From Anthoceros angustus (taxonomy: Eukaryota > Plantae > Anthocerotophyta): a DNA stretch of 64,000 bases. The translations under genes were made by a program, and so were the position numbers. The first letter of the stretch is position 1; every line of letters begins with the position of its first letter. The stretch lies in assembly GCA_010909165.1 (NCBI GenBank), contig VJWM01000103.1, forward strand, positions 620,001 to 684,000. Reading direction: 5' to 3'. The notes under the pieces were generated by a model. That model was given only the letters and a program-made list of their open reading frames with translations. It searched no databases and was not told the DNA's origin. Positions 48,741-59,844 of the stretch are shown one piece after another.

Positions 48741-49603
48741 GCTGTCGGATGCCCGTCTACTGCTTGTGTGCCCAGCACATTTTTCTGGGCAAGGCACCGC
48801 AACATTCGTTCGCATGGGAAGGTTGAACTGGTCTGTGGCTCCATTTGTGTCTCCAGCTATCTGTGGGATTCAGAAGCGCTACAACTCTCAAGAAGGTAGT
48901 TGCGGTGGATGAGGTGCAGGGCGTTTGTATCCCTGGACGTTGCTCCACTGCAAACTTATCCAAGTTAATCATGTGCAGGCATTTAAGTAGAGATGAATCA
49001 CTGAATTTGGAACAGTGAAATTTGTCGATTATTTTCTACTGGAAGATAAGTAGCGACCCAAGTTCCGTTCTCCAAATCGATTTTTGTCGCACGAGTGCAA
49101 TGTCACGAGAGTCATGCGTAACTACTGCTTGTCAGAAGGAAACATTTAATACGCCGAGCTCCCGGATCGCTGTGCTATGGGCTGTCTCCTTGTGGCGGTG
49201 TGCTGTCAAGGCAACAAGACAAGCGGACGACACTGCTCCCCTAAGGCAGAGCACGCAGGAAGCAGTGCCCTCACAGCGCTCTCTGCTCCTCATTTTCCAT
49301 CCTCGAGATTCTGTTTGTACGTGAAATTACCAGCAGAGTTTGTCGACGGGGGTCGAAATGTCGCAGCCATTCCGGGAGATTGCATTCCCGCAGCCTGCGA
49401 ATCGTGCAGCCTGCGGATCGTGCAGCCTTCGATCTCGTCTAGTGCATTGGATGTCTGATGCAATGTGAGTCCGTTCAGGTAACCGTGTGGGTTGCTCGCA
49501 GTGCCTCGCACTCCGGCAGGACACACACTGAAACAGGTGTCTTGTCTGGTCACCTTGTGCCTTTTGGCAATCACTGTGGGCGCTTGCAGGCTAGGGTCAA
49601 ACT

Positions 49604-50275
49604 ATGCAGGGTGCTTTCCGCAATCTGCTTCGAGGATGCTCTCGGCCTCTGGACGGTGACGATGCCGACCTGGGCGAGGGAGGTCAGAGATTTCTACCGC
49701 GTTACAGTCCCACAAGATATGGTGAAATGTCCGTGGTTCGGCTCCGGGCTGCTGTGGAGCTGCACGCAATATTTCGCTACCTACAAGTCCGGTGGCAACT
49801 TTTCTGCGAGGCGCTGACCAAATTCTGTGATCTGGAATCCATGCTCGTCATGTGCACGGATGATGTCACCTGGAGCAAGTATCTGACCAACAACTTGGTC
49901 AGTGGCAGTGTGTCTCAGCTTTCTGCCAACCTGCAGACACTCATCACACAGAGGATGTCCCTTGGTGTGTTAGTGGAACGGGTGACCCAAGTTTCGCCCT
50001 CAGGCCTTGTGGATTTGTCACTCGACAAGGATGGTCACTGTGCCAATCTGGTTGGGAGCGACCTCAAGAAAGCCCAAGCTGCATTGGAACTCCTGCTCTC
50101 CTATCGGAATAAGGACATGGCCTACTACAGTGGACGTCAGCTTGTGCTGGAGACTCACAGATACACACTGCACAATGAGCGTGGAATTCTGGTGGAGGAG
50201 GGTAGCCGAATGGTGTTGTGGGAACTGCACAATTCTTCATGGTATGTGCGAGCCAACATCAATTCCCCTATTTAG
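49604..50275 (+). CDS. Uncharacterised 223-aa protein with NTF2-like (SnoaL/DUF4440) pattern
   Basis: Uninterrupted ORF. FCEALTKFCDLESMLVMCTDDVTW and ETHRYTLHNERGILVEEGSRMVLWELHNSSWYVRANINS match the DUF4440 pattern by eye. The 5' end is uncertain. Confidence 0.65.
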   Translation: MQGAFRNLLRGCSRPLDGDDADLGEGGQRFLPRYSPTRYGEMSVVRLRAAVELHAIFRYLQVRWQLFCEALTKFCDLESMLVMCTDDVTWSKYLTNNLVSGSVSQLSANLQTLITQRMSLGVLVERVTQVSPSGLVDLSLDKDGHCANLVGSDLKKAQAALELLLSYRNKDMAYYSGRQLVLETHRYTLHNERGILVEEGSRMVLWELHNSSWYVRANINSPI

Positions 50276-51205
50276 GGTGCTGTGGTGGCTCACACTGGTT
50301 GTTGAGACGTTAGGTGCTAGAGGTCTTGTCCCATTTTTTGTCATTCTCTTTCCGTAGATGGATAACAATCAAATTCATTTCAAATTCTGTCACCATGTAT
50401 TGCGTGAGTTAAAAACTGCGTCATCAGGCTTTGTGTAGTCCGTGGTTCTCTTGGCTCCTATTTTGCAGCTCTGAGCTCTCGGTCTGATCCACACACGGCG
50501 GATGACCGTTTCTAAATCTTCGGATCGTTCGTCCAAAGGCTCTTGGGTTTTGACCTCCACAAAGGGCGATGAATTATTGTAGGATGCTAGAATCTTTGCG
50601 ATTTTCTTTCAGATTTTATAATACTATTGTCTAATGTTCTGAGCGCACCATTAGGTGTATAGGTAGGTAGATCATAAAACAAAAACCTAAACACAATGTA
50701 CGCAGAAACAGGCCATGGAACAAGGGCCCCATCGGACAGCATCTTCAACTCCAAGTATGAGTCCTCAGTCTCTCAGTCCTGACCGTGAACGGATTTCGTC
50801 AAAAGGAGTACGAGGAGGCCAACGCCCTACGATGTTGTATGTAGTCCAGTCCATCAACAGCACGTGTGATTAAGATCCGTGCAATATCCAGGTGTACTCA
50901 GGGGAAACTGTCGAGGTGGTGTTGGAGCATCCCTGTGTTCCTGGTAGCTGCTGTAAGCGGCATTTCATGGAGTACTGTGAACGACAGACTAGTGGTGAAG
51001 CATAAACACCCATTGGTATGTGCTCTGAACACTTGTTTTGTATTCCTTTGCTTTCTACCTATGTACATCCATGTCTTAATGTAAGACAACTAGGTACCAT
51101 GCACTACTTGACTCCTTCAGTATGAAGAGCTTCTACGGAGGGAACCATTCACTAACTTCATATTTCAGGGTCTCTACGTGCCGTCACACTGGATTTGGGA
51201 CCAGT

Positions 51206-53277
51206 TCAACACATTTTCTTTTCAAGGAGCCTTTCCAGGTCCTCTGGCGACCGCCTCTGCAATCTCACCTTCAAACCATGCTTCATGAAAAGAGTAAGCG
51301 AGACCCTATAGTCTATTGGGTGATGAGGATCTATATCCACTTTATAGTTCCAAAGAACTGCAGAGGAAACAGCTTTCATCTGCAAGTATCCCAGGTCTTT
51401 GCCCAGGCACAGTCTGGGCCCGGCATTGAATGCAGTGAACTTGAAATGATTCTCTGCAGTAAACACTCCATTCCTTAGCCACCTTTCCGGCTTGAATTCC
51501 AGGCAATCAGGGCCCCAGATAAAGGGCATCCTTCCCATAGCATACATGGCGTACACCACTCTTCCGCCCTTAGGCACCTTTGTGCCATCTGGCAATACAT
51601 CGTCTTCGGCAGCATACTTGGTGTCCAGAGGCACCGAGGGGTAGAGCCTAAGGGACTCAGAAAGAGCAGCATGGAGATACTGCATTCGCCTCAGTTCGTC
51701 GAAGGTAAAAGGCTCCGCTGCCAGCCCTTCGAGAGTTGCTGTTTTTGCGTCTTCCGCTTGTTCTGTGCGGCTACATAGAACCCCAGCAAGTTCCTCCAAG
51801 ATCTTATTTTCCACGTCGGGGTTCTTGCTCAGTAGCCAAAAGAACCATGTGAGAGCAACTGCTGAGGTGTCTCTCCCAGCAATGATAAAGTTGGTGGCAA
51901 CATCTCTGAGAAAGGAGTCAGAGTACGGTTTCCCCTCACTGTCTTTCATCTGCATGAATCTGGAGAGGAGATCAGCAAAAGAGCTACTTGGGCTGGCTGG
52001 CATGGAGTTGCCATGGGAATTTAGTTCCGTCGGAGTGTCGGCACGAACCAAATCGTGAAGATCAAACTGAGAATCTATCATACTCCTCCTGGACAACAAA
52101 GATGGAAACTCCGCTGCACCAATTGGACCTTCTCCAGGTTGAACCACCTGTAGCTGCCTACGTCTGGTTGCGATGACATCTCTGGCAAAGTTGTCCACAA
52201 CAACCAGAGCAGTCTTGAGCTTGCCCTCAATCCCGATGCCCAGAGCTCTTTTGAACCTCCACAGCCATTCAGGCGTCAATAACCGCTTGCAGGTTGCTTC
52301 TGTAACAAGATCATACGAGGTCGCAAAGGGGACGTCGGGAAGGCCTGGAGCGAGACATCCTGGATCTACACCGAACGCTACTATGCTTATGTTATCAAAC
52401 GTGTATCTGCATGTGTAAGAAGAGAACGATCAGGCCCAAACCTTGACCACAGCGAAAAGCACAAAGCAAAGTGAAGAGGCTTCAGGCCGGTTAGTCAAAT
52501 TCAAGGAAACGCTGAGGAAAAACCTTCGTTGCGGTCAACCCGCAATTGCTCATTATGGGGGATATCTGTGGAAGCAGAATACCTTAAGAAGACGTCCTGG
52601 AGATCAATGGTAGTTTGTTGGTGACAAGCTCCGTCCAAAACTGGCAGCAGCCTCTCCTGGACACCGGTGCGAACCGAGCTTACCATAAGCTCCCGAAGCG
52701 CCTTGGTACTAAATTCAAGGCTGGCTGTCTTTCGTTGCATCTTCCATGGATCGCCGTCGGTGTTGAAAATGCCATCCCCGAGCAGTTGGTGAAAGACGTA
52801 GCTGAATTTAGAGCCCTGTGATAAGCGAGTAATCCGTTTGTCAGCAAGTTCTTCACTGACAAAGCAGAAAGCAACGAAGAGCTCGAGAAACATCACACAC
52901 TTCACAAAACAACTTACTTTGGGGTAGTTGCAGAAGCGAGTCTTGAGAATGTATTCGAGGCACTCGGGGTCGCAAGTGACGATGGACGTTAAAGAAGGCA
53001 CAAGTGGTACTACAAACGTGTAAGTTCCTCTGTACTGCAGAAGCAGCGTGGCAATCCAATCGTATATTCTGTGCGCGTTCAGAACGAGTCCATGAACAGA
53101 TCCGAAATATGGCCACACGCGGGGTCCCTTGACGTTGCAATAATAGATGTATTGGAAAATTGCGTGAGCCAGCAGAGCCGCGACCGCTAAGATGGGCAGG
53201 GGATTTGAGAATATGCTGGCCTCCGGTGCGCGAACTCCCTGTTGAACCTCATTGGCAGTCGAATTCAGCAACTCCAT
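51206..53277 (-). CDS. CYP86: Cytochrome P450, CYP86 clan (fatty-acid omega-hydroxylase-like)
   Basis: Exons 53277-52918, 52815-52583 and 52406-51206. Motifs GPRVWP, LLGDGIFNTDG..W..QRK, AGRDTS, ESLRLYP, PERW and FNAGPRLCLG. Confidence 0.95.
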
Positions 53278-56200
53278 CCTGAGAGGATCCAAATCCCCCA
53301 CAACTTGATCCCCAAAAGTTCCGTCTCGGCTGGTGTCACAGACACCTCACAAGCTCACTGAATTTTGAACCCTGACTCCAAATCTGAACCGCAAGAACAA
53401 TTCATCTGAACTTGGTTTGCATACTGAATTGTAAACAACGTGCATGGAGCAAAAACTGGTAACATAGGACAGAAAAAAATTGCATAGCCAAGCAGCCAAA
53501 CAAGAAAGCGCTGTGCAAAAGCATTTGGGACTGGGATATCAGAAGAGCAAGAGAGCACGAGGAGAAGCGGGGATTCACAATTTAACGTCCGAAACGTGAA
53601 ACAAGTGTGCATGAAAAGCCATCAAGTACGGGAAAGGAGCATTCAATAGCGTCAAATAATGTTGCACTGGCAGCACCAAGAGCCAGCAGGAGAAGCCGTA
53701 GCTCCATGGAGACTTGCACATGACCGCAAGGAGGAGGAGAAAATGCGGGGAGAGTAATGAAGAGCTCAAGCATCACAATCGGTCGACAGAAAAAATGCAG
53801 TCGCTCGAAGTACAGACAGCGCTGGAGCGGGAAGGAGAGAAAAAATTTGCAAGCGGTAAGACGAAGGCGGGAGGGAAATGAAGTCGGGCATTCTCACTGT
53901 TGACTGTCGCAATTCGGAGCAGAAGCTCACCTTGCTCGTCAGAGAGGCGGAAGGCGAGCACCAGCTCTTCTCAGCCCACTTCCAGCACTTCCCCGACGCC
54001 GTGCCGTGCGCAGTCCTTGAGAATTGGCTCCCCCCTTACTCGGCACAGACAAGCTTAAGGAGGAGCGACAAAGCGCTGCTCTTTCTATACTGCAGCATCT
54101 GACGCGCATCATCGGCGGAGATGGGATGTGCGAGAGCAATCCGGAAAGGTCTGCAGCGTCGGGGGCGGGCTCACCCTGAAAGCAACAACTCAACAGAGAT
54201 GAACAGGAGAAGAAGCAGACAACGGAGCGGCTGCAGCTACAGGCGTACGATCGGCCTGTCAGTGGCGGCGCGAACTTGCAGGGTGGCAGCAGCGGCCAAC
54301 GCGATTGCAACGAGGGAGACGGCACCGGCCCAGGCCCCGGCCCGGGAGATGGCGCCCATGGCAGTGCATCGGCAGGCGAGTGCGTGGACGAGTCCAGAAG
54401 GAAATTTAAATGTGTGGGGGAAGGAGATGGAGTCTGGAGGCCTAATAATCCCCGTTTATAGCGCACCACGTGAGCATTGAAGACATTCCGTTAGGTTACG
54501 TCTTCGGTTGTGGCTGCCAAGCCCCAGGCATCGTCCAGGCCTCTCCCGAGCGTGGCTATGGCAGCCAGGTGTGAGTGCTGCCTTTATGGCGTACCTTGTG
54601 AGTGCTCTTCTTGCCAACACCTGCCTCCTGCCTCCTGCCTCCTGCTTCCTGCCGCTGGCTGGATTCCTGTCCGGTCGGCGTCAATAGAGTGATCTCCCGG
54701 TAAAAGTCATGAGGCGGGGTGAAAGGCAGGCAAGCGAGCTCTCAGCCACTGAAGAGTCAGTGCGGTCATCCTCCGTGAACGCCTCCAGTTGGACGGCGGA
54801 ATGCTACGTAACAGCGGCTAGGCTTTAAGGCTTGAGGAGGAAGGCGTGGTGCAGTTGAAGCTCTTGTGGATCCAGCACAACAGGTGCGCTCTACCTGTTT
54901 CCTTTCTCCTGTTCTGGCTGACTAGGTGTCGATTGTTTGTTGAACGCGATAGGGCTAACAGTTCCGTCTTGTTGCTTCACAGTCGTATTCGGAACAACTC
55001 CGCTGAGCTGAGCGGGTAATTGTAGGAGCTGCAGGAAACTCCACCAGCACTCTGTGAAGTGTTGTTTTGGCTGGCCCTATGCTCAGGATTAGAGGCAATT
55101 CCGCAGGGTCAACAACGCAGAGAGTGACCAGAATTGACTGGCAGAGACTATGATGTGGCGCTGGTGCCTCACTTCCTGTGTGAACCCGCTACTTACTAAT
55201 TCTTTTGGTGGCACAAATTGAGTTCTTCAACTGCCTCTGCCACAGTCTTTACACTGGCGCTGACCGTGCTCATACACTTACATACTACTCTCGAGGAATC
55301 GAAGTTGCAAGCCTGGGACGTACCACGAGGCAGCTGCATACATATGATGTGGCAAGCAGGTGCGTACTGCACTGCAATGCCCCAGAAGAATCGATCCTTG
55401 GCAGGATGGATAGTAACGTTGCAATGCCAGCTATGTACAGATGTGTGTATGTACTCGCTTTCTCACTAGCGTCTGGGATTAAGGGGGAGTCAGTGCTGAC
55501 AGTGAGAGATTTGGAGTCTGTAATGTCGTACCATCCAGTCGCGTGCTTATTAGCGACTCGGATTGAGCAGGAATCAGTGCTGACAGACAGGGATTTGGAG
55601 AGTCGCTTGACAGTCTCTCATGTCGTAATCTGCTGGGAAAAGAGCCCACCAGACAGCAGCGACTCGAGCTGCAGCGCGCCTTGCTGGCTTTCCTGTCTCT
55701 CACACTTCCGCAAGGTGCGCGTGGTAGCTGCTTGCTTCCCCGTAGCCCGTACCCAGGCTGCGCACTGGCAACAGCGGGGCTTCCAGGACGGTGGGCTGAG
55801 AGCAATGTCCATTTCCCGCATATGCCGCACATGGTAAGCTGCGATTAGGTGGCTCTGAGAGGCACCTCACACTCATTGCGGCAGCAGCACAGAAGGGAGC
55901 GCTTGCGATTGCTCCACTACCTTCCGGCCAAAACAGATGGAGATCCCGGGAGAAGCCGGATCGTTAGACGCCGTCCAAGGACATCCGCTGGGTGGAGGTA
56001 GGCGCAGTTGCGGACAGGGACTTTCACCTCCTTAAAGAGTTGGTAGCATGCGCTCCAGAAGGATTCAGGGCGGAGTGTGACTGCTACCTCTCGCCACCTC
56101 GCCCCTTTCACACTTTCATACTGGTTTTCCTTGGGACGCCCAGGCCAGACACACAGCGACTCACCTTCGTAGAATTGACGGAGCGCTGAAAGCGTGACTG

Positions 56201-56396
56201 ACGACCCAGCAATATCGTGCCAGAATTCACACAGACCGGAGAGTTTCCAAAACAAAAGGAAAAACAGGGAAATGAAATTATCATAGACAAACCTCATAGA
56301 GGGAAACAGAGTTATTACAGCCTCCAAAATACCAACCGTTGGTCTCGAAGGCATTCAATTGCACATTCCCACCTTTGGACTAATCGGCAGGGTTCT

Positions 56397-56470
56397 CGAC
56401 CACAATGGGATTCGAACCCACGACCTTTGGATCCGAAGTCCAACGCGCTAATCCACTGCGCTATGCGGTC
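56397..56470 (-). tRNA. trnR-UCG: tRNA-Arg (anticodon UCG)
   Basis: GACCGCATAGCGCAGTGGATTAGCGCGTTGGACTTCGGATCCAAAGGTCGTGGGTTCGAATCCCATTGTGGTCG folds as a cloverleaf with A and B boxes. The upstream region is AT-rich. Confidence 0.96.
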
Positions 56471-56597
56471 CTGAGGATACACTGTATGTGTTCTTCAAAT
56501 ATTTCAATAGTATTTAACGTTCCTTCCCCGAGTTTTTCCCCCTCCTTCCACGAGAAAATCCCCGCCTCATGACGCTTGTACAAAGCGTCTGAAGCCT

Positions 56598-59500
56598 ATG
56601 GCGGCCGGCACGACCCGACGACAGGGTCATAAGCGTCTGCTCGTCACGACATCGGTTCTTCTTGCCTTCATTTCAGGTCAGCTTCCAACTCAAACTCCCT
56701 CCAAATGCTTTTGGTCCCACTATCTGTGTTAAGGTGGTGAACTCGTGGTTGCAATCGCAGGAATTCCTGTTTGGTGGTGGACTACTGAGATCTATCGATC
56801 ACCAATTCCTTTTTCCGTTATCAAGGAACACTCGGAGAATGTTTCATCTCAATCGCTTCTTCTTCCTTGCCATTTGCACGTGATCTTCATTGTGTCAGGG
56901 GATTCTGTACCAGCTGCACAATTGGAGGCATGGGCCGCTAGTATTCGGGAGGACATATTCGCATCTCTGCATTCTGCTGTCGACACGTGTGGCTCTGGCT
57001 TCAAGCTGTTAGTTAGCGTGGACTCTCATCTCGGCTGCCACAGGACTGGTGAACATGAGGGTTTTGTTGTCTGGCCTTGTGGTCTGGCCAGTGCCCCTAT
57101 GGAGCATGCTTTCAGGACAGCTACTGACCACGAATTGGATGAACTCCTTTGGAGATATTCTGTGCTTGAGCTGGGCAATCCTGGAGTGCCAGACCAGGGT
57201 GGGAAGTACTCTATCATAGTGAGATCTGATGCAGAAGGTATAGTCCTAATCTTTGTCTGTCTGTCTGCCAGTGCTATTTGTTCTCACTTGGTCTGCCTTC
57301 GTGTGCAATGAATGGCATATCTGTGGGTGGTTCCAGCCAGTGATACTGGTGGAAACCACCAGCCAAAGTCAGCAGCGGTCGTTGGGAAGCATCGCCATGC
57401 CTGGATATCTGTGGTCAGAGACTTTGATGTCGTTCCTCTCATTCGTGAGATTGCTCATGTTTATTTCGACCGGAGAAGAAATGCTGATGCGGCTGTTGAG
57501 GAACATGGCCAAGTGGTTAGCATGCCACTTGGAGCAGACGGAAAAGTTGTGCTGTCGTTCAGTCTTTTAAATGCAGAACCAAAGGACTGGATTTATGATT
57601 GGTGAGTAAGTCAAGTAAGCCGCTTGGGTTTGGCACACCATCCATCTGAGGCTTGTATCTGACAAAATCACTGAAGTCCTTGGACTATGGAGTGGTAAGG
57701 GATTTCAAGACTCTGGAGATGCAATTCCTGAAGCCAGTAGTGAAGGCAATGTCACCTGTGGGAGTTATGAGCGTTGAAAGTCAGGTAACCGTAAAATCAG
57801 GCAGTCAAAGATGACAACATGGAACATGGTGCTGAATTTTTGGGCTGTGCCGTAAATCATATCTGGAGTTTTCCGATATTAGAGTATTTAGTAACTCAGG
57901 TTTCATATCTGCAAAACAGGTCCTTCACTACACTCGTAAGGGAGTCCAGGCAGCTTGGGATAGATATTTGGGTTCTTACGTGTTGACTCCAGACAAGCTC
58001 CCTTTTTTCGTGAGTGACTAACCTGCCAGTCTATCATTTGTTTTGTTGAAACCACCTGACAAAAAACGAGTGACTGTTTAGGTGAATTCTAAAGAGTGGC
58101 ACCTGGACTCCTCAACTGCATCTGTTGGTCGGTCGAAGCTCCTGCATTTTGTGATGTACTGCTCAGTATCAGCTTTGTACAGTGCCTTGTTTTGTACTTG
58201 TCATGACGATCGGCGGTTGCTTAGGACTTGCTCAGTGGTTATTATGACTCATGCAGCTACATACCTGCCTCTGACGAAAGTCCCCTTCGGATTAAGCATG
58301 CAAGTGGTCAAGCGTTGATTAATGGATTCACCTCACCTGTAAGCACCCATCTCTTCCAGGTTGCTGAGCTACTTGAATTTCCAGAATCATGTTTCTTGGT
58401 TCCCATGGTCTTCTCTCAGATGCATTTGTTTTCACTTGCCACTCTCTGTCACAGCCTTTGACGTTGCTCTGTCTGTGGCAGGGATGGGGAGGCGTGACGA
58501 TCTGGAATCCCCCAACGTGTGAAACAGTGAGACAAGGCACCAAACCTGCCCCCCGGCGTCTCGATGCCAAGGTGGCACTCACAATGAATTGTCAATCTCC
58601 TTTTAAGGATATCGTATCTGAAAAGCTGGCACTGAGACCTTGCTCCTTGTGTGTATCCAGGATATGCAACACGTAATGGGAATCATTGTGGCTCAACTTC
58701 GTACTCTCTTCGGATTGCCGTCCCTAGACTTCACCAACACAACTGTCTTGCACCATGTCCCTGCTGTCACCACTGGCATTGCTGATTGGTATGGTGTCCA
58801 TAATTGCAGAACTGCGTAGCGTGCCAGCTGCTGGTTTGCTGGCAAATTTGACAGGTATTACATTTTTCAGGGAGATCGACGTGCTGCTGCGAAGACGTAT
58901 TGCCGCGGATGAGTTAGCTACGGCAGCAACACTGACCTCCCTTTCCGAGCTGGTAGTGTTTTTACCCCTGCGATTTCCACTGGTCCGGAGTTTGAACTAG
59001 TATTTTGCATGGTTTAATTATGTCGCCACTTTTTTCTTTTGTAGGTGCAATCTCTTCCAAGCATGGTCATCAAGGACGAGATTGCTGAACAGGTGCTGCT
59101 TCTGGTTCCGTTTAAACTGTAACTTTTCAGTTACCCTGCTGATGACCTGAATTCAGCTGAATATCCGCATGGAACATCCACAGGTATCTATGTCCCTTGA
59201 GGCTGCCAATGCCGCAAGGTCACAAGCATCCAGGGGTGCCTACTTTGCCACAGGAGGTAAATGCTGTACATGTTTCATGTCGTTGCCTGTCCCGGAGTGC
59301 AAGCCCATACTTACCGTCACATCATGTTGCTTGGTGTCCTGACCAGAGGCGGCCAGGCGGGCAAGGGCATTAGCGGAGGACGCATTTTTCCAGCCGTCCT
59401 TCATGTCTTTACTATACTTCCCCTTGGAACATCATTTGGCAATATACACTGTGAGTCTGCCTTCCACTGCATGGCTGTTGCACTTTCTCATCCGCTCCCT

Positions 59501-59617
59501 CACCTGGCGTCGTTATGCCTGCAGCCGTTCTTCGTACCGGTGCTGTTGCACGTCCTCCTTGCAGTTGTGAAGGAAATATTCCGGCGGTATAGGAGGGGGA
59601 GAGTAAAGGCTGATTGA
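56598..59617 (+). CDS. PIGS: GPI transamidase component PIG-S
   Basis: Multi-exon gene. GIPVWWWTTEIYRSPIP, FSLLNAEPKDWIYDW, ESQVLHYT, PQGWGGVTIWNP and AFFQPSFMSLLYFPLEHHLAIYTPFFVP, followed by a basic tail. Confidence 0.92.
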
Positions 59618-59844
59618 CAGTCTGGAGGGTCACCATTTCCGGATCTACCCATACCTATAGACCTATGTAAACGCCTCATGAGGCAGAAATAGCAACTCTT
59701 GTTGAACTGGACCAAGCTTTGGCCAAGAAAGGCCTAATAAATGCGGCTCTTCCTCTACAGCGTGTCAGGTCCCGTGGATGCTGACTTGGGTGTTTGAGGA
59801 GCCTCTGTTCGCAGTTGCGGACCTGTGAGGCAGGTGTAGCGATC

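Noticed and set aside
49177-49458. MGCLL... ORF as a lipidated first exon of the SnoaL-like gene
   Set aside because: I found no donor/acceptor pair that joins it in frame to 49604.
54558-54692. Small Cys-rich ORF (MAARCECC...CEC) as a metallothionein
   Set aside because: No second Cys cluster. The Cys pattern comes from a repeated TGTGAGTGC word.
55489-55620. TGACAG-containing repeats resembling miR156/529/535
   Set aside because: The match is limited to the first ~6 nt, and there is no convincing miRNA/miRNA* duplex.
56326-56396. Dicistronic tRNA-snoRNA
   Set aside because: The trailer lacks C/D boxes and a terminal ACA.
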